DNA of 64,000 nucleotides from a bacterium. Lineage in GTDB: Bacteria > Bacteroidota > Bacteroidia > Bacteroidales > FEN-979. The stretch's first letter is position 1; each line of letters begins with the position of its first letter. Below, one piece after another: positions 59,048 to 64,000 of the stretch. The notes beneath the pieces are model-generated. The model had not been told where the DNA came from, searched no databases, and saw only the letters and a program-made list of their open reading frames with translations. A program made the position numbers and the translations under genes. The stretch lies in NCBI GenBank assembly GCA_043806735.1, contig JAZDGR010000050.1:280-64279 (forward strand), written 5' to 3'.

Positions 59048-61486
59048 ATGAAACCAAAAACAAATTTGACCACAAGTCTGGTCCTGCTGCTTCTGGGAAT
59101 GATACAAATTCCACTGGCATTGCACGGACAGACCACCCTCCGGGGAACTGTTTCCGATCAGAAAACCGGTAAACCGCTGACGGGAGCTCATGTTTGTATT
59201 GAGAATACATTCTATGCAACCGCCACAGATCCGGACGGAAAGTTTCTTTTTAGCGGATTGCGGCCAGGGAATTATTCTCTCAAAACGACCTATGTAGGTT
59301 ATAAACCCATCGCCATTCAGCTCCGGATGAAATCTGACACCGTGGTAAATTTCTCTATGGAAGAGATGGCTATTCTTGGAGATGAAGTGAACATTGTAGC
59401 GACACGGGCCGGAGAGAAGTATCCAACGGCTTATTCCACCATCACACCGATGGAGATTGAGGAGGCAAACCTCGGAAAGGATATGCCCTACATCATCCAG
59501 ACTACCCCCTCTGTAACAGTCACTTCCGATGCCGGAAACGGAATCGGGTATACCGGCATCTATATCCGGGGGACTGATCTTACGCGGATCAACGTTACGA
59601 TAAACGGGATCCCGGTAAACGACGCGGAATCGCAGGGCGTATGGTTTGTGGACCTGCCCGATCTGGCCTCCTCCACCGAAAATATCCAGATCCAGCGCGG
59701 CGTGGGCACTTCAACCAACGGGGCCGGGGCATTTGGAGCCACCATCAACATCCTGACGACCGAAACCGACCCGGATCCTTACGGGGAACTGTCAGCCAGT
59801 TACGGAACCTTCAACTCATACAAAACCACCCTGAAATTCGGATCGGGTATTCTGAAATCGGGATTTGCCGTCGATGGCCGTCTCTCTTACATCTCCTCCC
59901 AAGGATACATCGACCGGGCCTTCTCCAGGCTAAGGTCCTATTATATCAGCGGAGGTTACTATGGAAAGAATACCACCCTGAAGCTGATCAATTTTTCGGG
60001 ACACGAAAAAACCTATCAGGCGTGGGAAGGGGTTCCGCTGGATTCGCTGGGAACCAACCGGAGGTACAATCCGGCCGGTCAGTACACCGATTCCTCCGGA
60101 CAGATCCAGTACTACGACAACCAGACCGACAACTATACCCAAAACAACTACCAGCTCATCTTCTCCCAGCGGATCGGCAATGCCTGGAATATCAATGCAG
60201 CCATCCACCTAACGACCGGGAACGGGTACTACGAAAGTTACAAGCAAGATGAATACTTTGCCGAATACGGACTTCAGGATGTAATTATCGGCGGGGATAC
60301 AATTACGAACACAAATCTGGTGAACCGGAAAATGATGGACAACAGCTTCTATGGGATGACCTTTTCAGCCAATTACATCCAACCTGACAGGTTCAATGTG
60401 ATTCTGGGCGGCGCGCTGAATCAATATTACGGGGAGCATTTCGGGAAGGTGATCTGGGCACAATTTGCCTCCAACGGAGACAACGAACGCAATTGGTATT
60501 ACAATACCGGCCTGAAGAATGATTTCAACATCTATGCAAAAGCCACCTGGCAGGCCCTGAAAAAACTGACCTTATTTGCCGACCTTCAGTACCGTCATGT
60601 CGGATACCGGCTGAACGGAACCCTGGACGACCTGCAGCAAATTGACCAGGTTCATCTGTTCAATTTCTTTAATCCGAAAGCCGGCCTCTTTTGTACCTTC
60701 TCGGAACACCTGAACGCCTATTTTTCTTTCAGTGTAGGAAACAGGGAACCCAGTCGTAACAATTATCTGGATGCCGATTCCAATCACATGCCCATGCCGG
60801 AAAGGCTCTACGACTATGAGTTGGGGGTGACCTACAACCGTACCAAGTGGACGGCCGGTGTCAACCTCTATTTCATGGATTACAAAGATCAGCTGGTCCT
60901 GACCGGGGAGATCAACAATGTTGGAGAAGCCATTATGGTCAATGTTCCGAAGAGTTACCGGGCCGGAATTGAGCTCTCCGCAGGTGTAAATCTCTGGAAT
61001 AAGATCCAATGGGACATCCAGGGTACGCTGAGCCTTAACAAAATCAAAAATTTCACCGAGTACGTTGACGGGTATGATTCAGCCTGGAATTTTACCGGAC
61101 AGGTTTCCAAATATCTGGGAACCACCGACCTCTCCTTTTCACCGGAACTCCTTCTCGGAAGTATTCTGACCTATAAACCCGTGAAGGGACTATCGGCTTC
61201 CCTGCAATCGAAATTTATCGGAAAGCAATTCATTGACAATACCTCCAGCGACAGTCGTTCGTTGCACCCTTACTTTGTCAATAATCTGGTACTGGCCTAT
61301 AATTTCAAGCTGAAGCCCTTTTCCGGAATTGGCCTCAATCTCATGGTGAATAACCTTTTCAGCCAGCAGTACGAATCCAACGCCTGGGTTTACCGCTATT
61401 TCTATGCTGATCAACCCTTTGAGTTGAACGGCTACTTCCCCCAGACCCTGATCAATTATATGGTCGGCATCACCCTGAAACTCTGA
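59048..61486 (+). CDS. TonB-dependent receptor, probable thiamine importer
   Basis: CarboxypepD-like N-domain, plug IRG...RINVTINGIP, C-terminal barrel; downstream of the TPP riboswitch. Confidence 0.9.
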   Translation: MKPKTNLTTSLVLLLLGMIQIPLALHGQTTLRGTVSDQKTGKPLTGAHVCIENTFYATATDPDGKFLFSGLRPGNYSLKTTYVGYKPIAIQLRMKSDTVVNFSMEEMAILGDEVNIVATRAGEKYPTAYSTITPMEIEEANLGKDMPYIIQTTPSVTVTSDAGNGIGYTGIYIRGTDLTRINVTINGIPVNDAESQGVWFVDLPDLASSTENIQIQRGVGTSTNGAGAFGATINILTTETDPDPYGELSASYGTFNSYKTTLKFGSGILKSGFAVDGRLSYISSQGYIDRAFSRLRSYYISGGYYGKNTTLKLINFSGHEKTYQAWEGVPLDSLGTNRRYNPAGQYTDSSGQIQYYDNQTDNYTQNNYQLIFSQRIGNAWNINAAIHLTTGNGYYESYKQDEYFAEYGLQDVIIGGDTITNTNLVNRKMMDNSFYGMTFSANYIQPDRFNVILGGALNQYYGEHFGKVIWAQFASNGDNERNWYYNTGLKNDFNIYAKATWQALKKLTLFADLQYRHVGYRLNGTLDDLQQIDQVHLFNFFNPKAGLFCTFSEHLNAYFSFSVGNREPSRNNYLDADSNHMPMPERLYDYELGVTYNRTKWTAGVNLYFMDYKDQLVLTGEINNVGEAIMVNVPKSYRAGIELSAGVNLWNKIQWDIQGTLSLNKIKNFTEYVDGYDSAWNFTGQVSKYLGTTDLSFSPELLLGSILTYKPVKGLSASLQSKFIGKQFIDNTSSDSRSLHPYFVNNLVLAYNFKLKPFSGIGLNLMVNNLFSQQYESNAWVYRYFYADQPFELNGYFPQTLINYMVGITLKL

Positions 61487-61565
61487 AAAGAAGGGCAAAC
61501 CGCCTACGAAAACGATGAAAAATCGTATCTTGCACAACCCTGCTTACTGAATAAAATCAAGAAAC

Positions 61566-64000
61566 ATGAAACGACTTACGCTTATTCTCCTGCTGTCACT
61601 TACCCTCGTCATTCCGGCAGAGTTGCTTTTTGGGCAGACGACGGTCATTGACTACACCACGCTCCTTGCGATGGATCCGAATGTGCGGATCGGGACGCTC
61701 GATAACGGCCTTGTTTACTACATCCGGCAAAACAAGAAACCGGAAAAACGGGTGGAGCTGCGCCTGGTTGTAAATGCCGGATCCATCCTGGAAAACAACA
61801 GTCAGCTCGGGCTGGCTCATTTTACCGAACACATGTGTTTTAACGGGACCAGGAGTTTTCCAAAGAACGAGCTGATCAATTTCCTGCAGAAGACGGGTGT
61901 TCAGTTTGGCGCCGACATCAATGCTTATACCGGCTTTGATGAGACCGTTTACATGCTGAAACTTCCGACCGACGAGGAAGGGCTAGTTGAAAAAGGGTTC
62001 CAGGTCCTCGAGGAGTGGGCCCATGAAGTTACCTTCGACGGAAAAGAGATAGACAAGGAACGGGGGGTGATCGTTGAGGAGTGGCGTTTGGGACTGGGGG
62101 CGCAGGACCGGATGATGAAAAAGTTTCTTCCGGTGATCCTGAAAGGGTCGCAATACGCGGAACGGATCCCTATTGGGAAAGTCGAGATTCTGGAGAGTTT
62201 TAAACATGATACCCTCCGGGCTTTTTATTATACCTGGTACAGGCCAGATCTGCAGGCGGTTGTTGTAGTTGGTGACATTAACCCGGACTCGGCGGAACAA
62301 CAGATCAAAACGCATTTTTCGGGGCTCACTAATCCCACGACCGAGCGGGAGCGCGTAGTGTTTGATCTCCCCGGAAACCGGGAACCTCTGATTGCTATTA
62401 CCACCGACAAGGAAGCGATGCAGAACGTTATCCTGATGTTCTGGAAGCATCCGAAAAAACAGGTGCAGAACCTGGGTGATTTTAAAGAACACATTGCTGG
62501 AGAACTTTTTACCGGTATGTTGAATCAGCGGTTCACCGAGTTGTCGCAGCAGCCCGATTGTCCGTTTGTATTTGCCAATGCCGGGTATGGCGATTTTCTT
62601 GCCCGCACCCGCGACTCCTACCTGATGACCACCATGCCTAAAGAGAATCAAACCGGTCAGACCCTGGCCGTTGTGCTTGCTGAAAATGAGCGGGTGCGAC
62701 GCTACGGATTTACTTCTACTGAATTTACCCGGCAGAAGGAAGAAATGCTGAGCCGATATGAGCAGGCCGCGAAGGAATTTGACAAGACTGAGTCGGAGAA
62801 TTTTGCCAGGGCTTATGTAGATAATTACCTGAATCATTCTCCGATCCCGGGCGCACAAAAAGAGTTCAAGTACCTGACCAAACTCCTGCCTGAAATCACC
62901 CTGGAAGAAGTTAACCAGCTGGCTCAAAAGTGGGTGACTGACGACAATCTGGCAATGGTAATCATGGGCCCGGAAAAAGAGGGACTGAATATCCTCACTG
63001 AATCCGAGGTTCTGGAGATCATCCGGAGTTCCAAAACCCAGGAACTCCAGGCCTATATAGATAATTTCAGGGAAGAACCGCTGGTCACGGCAGACCTTTC
63101 TGGAGGAGCTGTCGCAGAAATGAAAACACTTAGCGAGCTCGGTTATACCGAACTAACCCTTTCCAATGGCCTCCGCGTCATCCTGAAACCCACCACCTTT
63201 AAAAATGACGAGATCCTTGTTTCGGCTTATAGTCCGGGCGGAAGCTCCCTGGTGGAAGACGACCAGTTTCTTTCTGCCAGCTTCGCCTCTTCCATCATCG
63301 ACCAGAGCGGAGCGGGGGAATTTGACAACGTGGAATTGCAGAAAAAGCTGAAGGGGGAAAACCTGTCGATCTCTCCCTATATCGACGATGTAAAAGAGGG
63401 CTTCAGGGGGAATAGTACCCCCAAAGATCTCCAAACACTGATGGAACTGGTTTATCTGTATTTTGAGGGGCCCCGCAAGGATACTTCTGCGTTTCAGGCA
63501 TTCATCTCACAGATGGAGAACCAGATGAAGTTCATGAAAAGCAACCCCATCATGGCATTCTATGATACCCTCTTCAAAACGGCCTTCCCCGGGAACAAAC
63601 GCCTCATCATTTTCCCGACCCAACAGCAACTTGAATCGATTGTACTTGATACCGTTTTCCGGATTTATTGCAACCGTTTTGCCGATGCATCGGACTTTAC
63701 TTTCCTGCTGGTCGGCAATTTCACCGTCGATTCGATTACCCCGCTGGTAACGAAATATCTCGGGAACCTGCCTTCGCTAAAGCGCGTTGAAACCTGGCGG
63801 GATAAGGCGCCCCGGTTTGCTTCCGGGTCCACAAACACCTTTTTTTACAAAGGAGCCGATCCGCAGAGCATGGTTGGGATTACCATGTCGGAACCTTTTA
63901 GTTGGAATGAGAACAATGTTCTCTACCTCATAATGCTGAAAGAGATCCTGAGCATTAAGCTCGTCGAGGTGATCCGGGAAAAGCTGAGCGGGGTTTACTC
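61566..64000 (+). CDS. M16-family (PqqL-like) zinc protease, truncated by the window end (absent from the ORF track)
   Basis: ATG 61566 MKRLTLILLL signal peptide; LDNGLVYY, GLAHFTEHM (HxxEH), NAYTGFDETVY, KERGVIVEEWR. Confidence 0.92.
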   Translation, partial: MKRLTLILLLSLTLVIPAELLFGQTTVIDYTTLLAMDPNVRIGTLDNGLVYYIRQNKKPEKRVELRLVVNAGSILENNSQLGLAHFTEHMCFNGTRSFPKNELINFLQKTGVQFGADINAYTGFDETVYMLKLPTDEEGLVEKGFQVLEEWAHEVTFDGKEIDKERGVIVEEWRLGLGAQDRMMKKFLPVILKGSQYAERIPIGKVEILESFKHDTLRAFYYTWYRPDLQAVVVVGDINPDSAEQQIKTHFSGLTNPTTERERVVFDLPGNREPLIAITTDKEAMQNVILMFWKHPKKQVQNLGDFKEHIAGELFTGMLNQRFTELSQQPDCPFVFANAGYGDFLARTRDSYLMTTMPKENQTGQTLAVVLAENERVRRYGFTSTEFTRQKEEMLSRYEQAAKEFDKTESENFARAYVDNYLNHSPIPGAQKEFKYLTKLLPEITLEEVNQLAQKWVTDDNLAMVIMGPEKEGLNILTESEVLEIIRSSKTQELQAYIDNFREEPLVTADLSGGAVAEMKTLSELGYTELTLSNGLRVILKPTTFKNDEILVSAYSPGGSSLVEDDQFLSASFASSIIDQSGAGEFDNVELQKKLKGENLSISPYIDDVKEGFRGNSTPKDLQTLMELVYLYFEGPRKDTSAFQAFISQMENQMKFMKSNPIMAFYDTLFKTAFPGNKRLIIFPTQQQLESIVLDTVFRIYCNRFADASDFTFLLVGNFTVDSITPLVTKYLGNLPSLKRVETWRDKAPRFASGSTNTFFYKGADPQSMVGITMSEPFSWNENNVLYLIMLKEILSIKLVEVIREKLSGVY

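Noticed and set aside
61983..62927. 314-aa minus-strand ORF (likewise 56207-57151, 30606-31289, 44420-45067 and other shadow ORFs)
   Set aside because: Antisense or alternate-frame shadows of well-supported genes, with no recognisable motifs.
1..64000. CRISPR array or rRNA
   Set aside because: No repeat-spacer pattern or cas genes; the tandem repeats have 7-10 nt periods without spacers; no rRNA-like sequence recognised.

Overview
The window looks like a Bacteroidota (Bacteroidales-like, probably anaerobic) chromosome segment, judged from TAnnTTTG -7 promoters, several T9SS C-terminal-domain proteins and a TonB-dependent receptor. Housekeeping genes are thrS-infC-rpmI-rplT, queE, folD, ffh, argS, pyrBI and aroQ. 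It also holds two tRNA-Ser genes, a TPP riboswitch, and a roughly 10 kb redox operon (DRTGG/anti-sigma-kinase regulators, an HfsB-like FeS protein, a NuoE/F/G-like trimer and NfnAB). The best candidate for an undescribed system is a RiPP biosynthetic cluster at about 45.2-52.8 kb, between the two tRNA-Ser genes. It encodes an ABC exporter, two S24/S26-type peptidases (one degenerate), a nucleotidyltransferase, an HPr-kinase-like protein, a PqqD/RRE, a radical SAM/SPASM enzyme and a sulfotransferase. It also encodes a 53-aa precursor peptide missing from the ORF track (51509-51670, MENKTETLLKWQKPMIEVKEIFEKTALNCDGSPFNNQQTNPKQSAGSCGYWYS). An AbiEi/AbiEii toxin-antitoxin pair and an integrase remnant lie next to it at tRNA-Ser(CGA). 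Short 7-10 nt tandem repeats are scattered through the window, including inside argS, queE, an OmpA signal peptide and a histidine kinase that they frameshift. Several genes carry single nonsense or frameshift lesions, which may be biological or assembly errors. All calls come from motif reading by eye; no searches were run.
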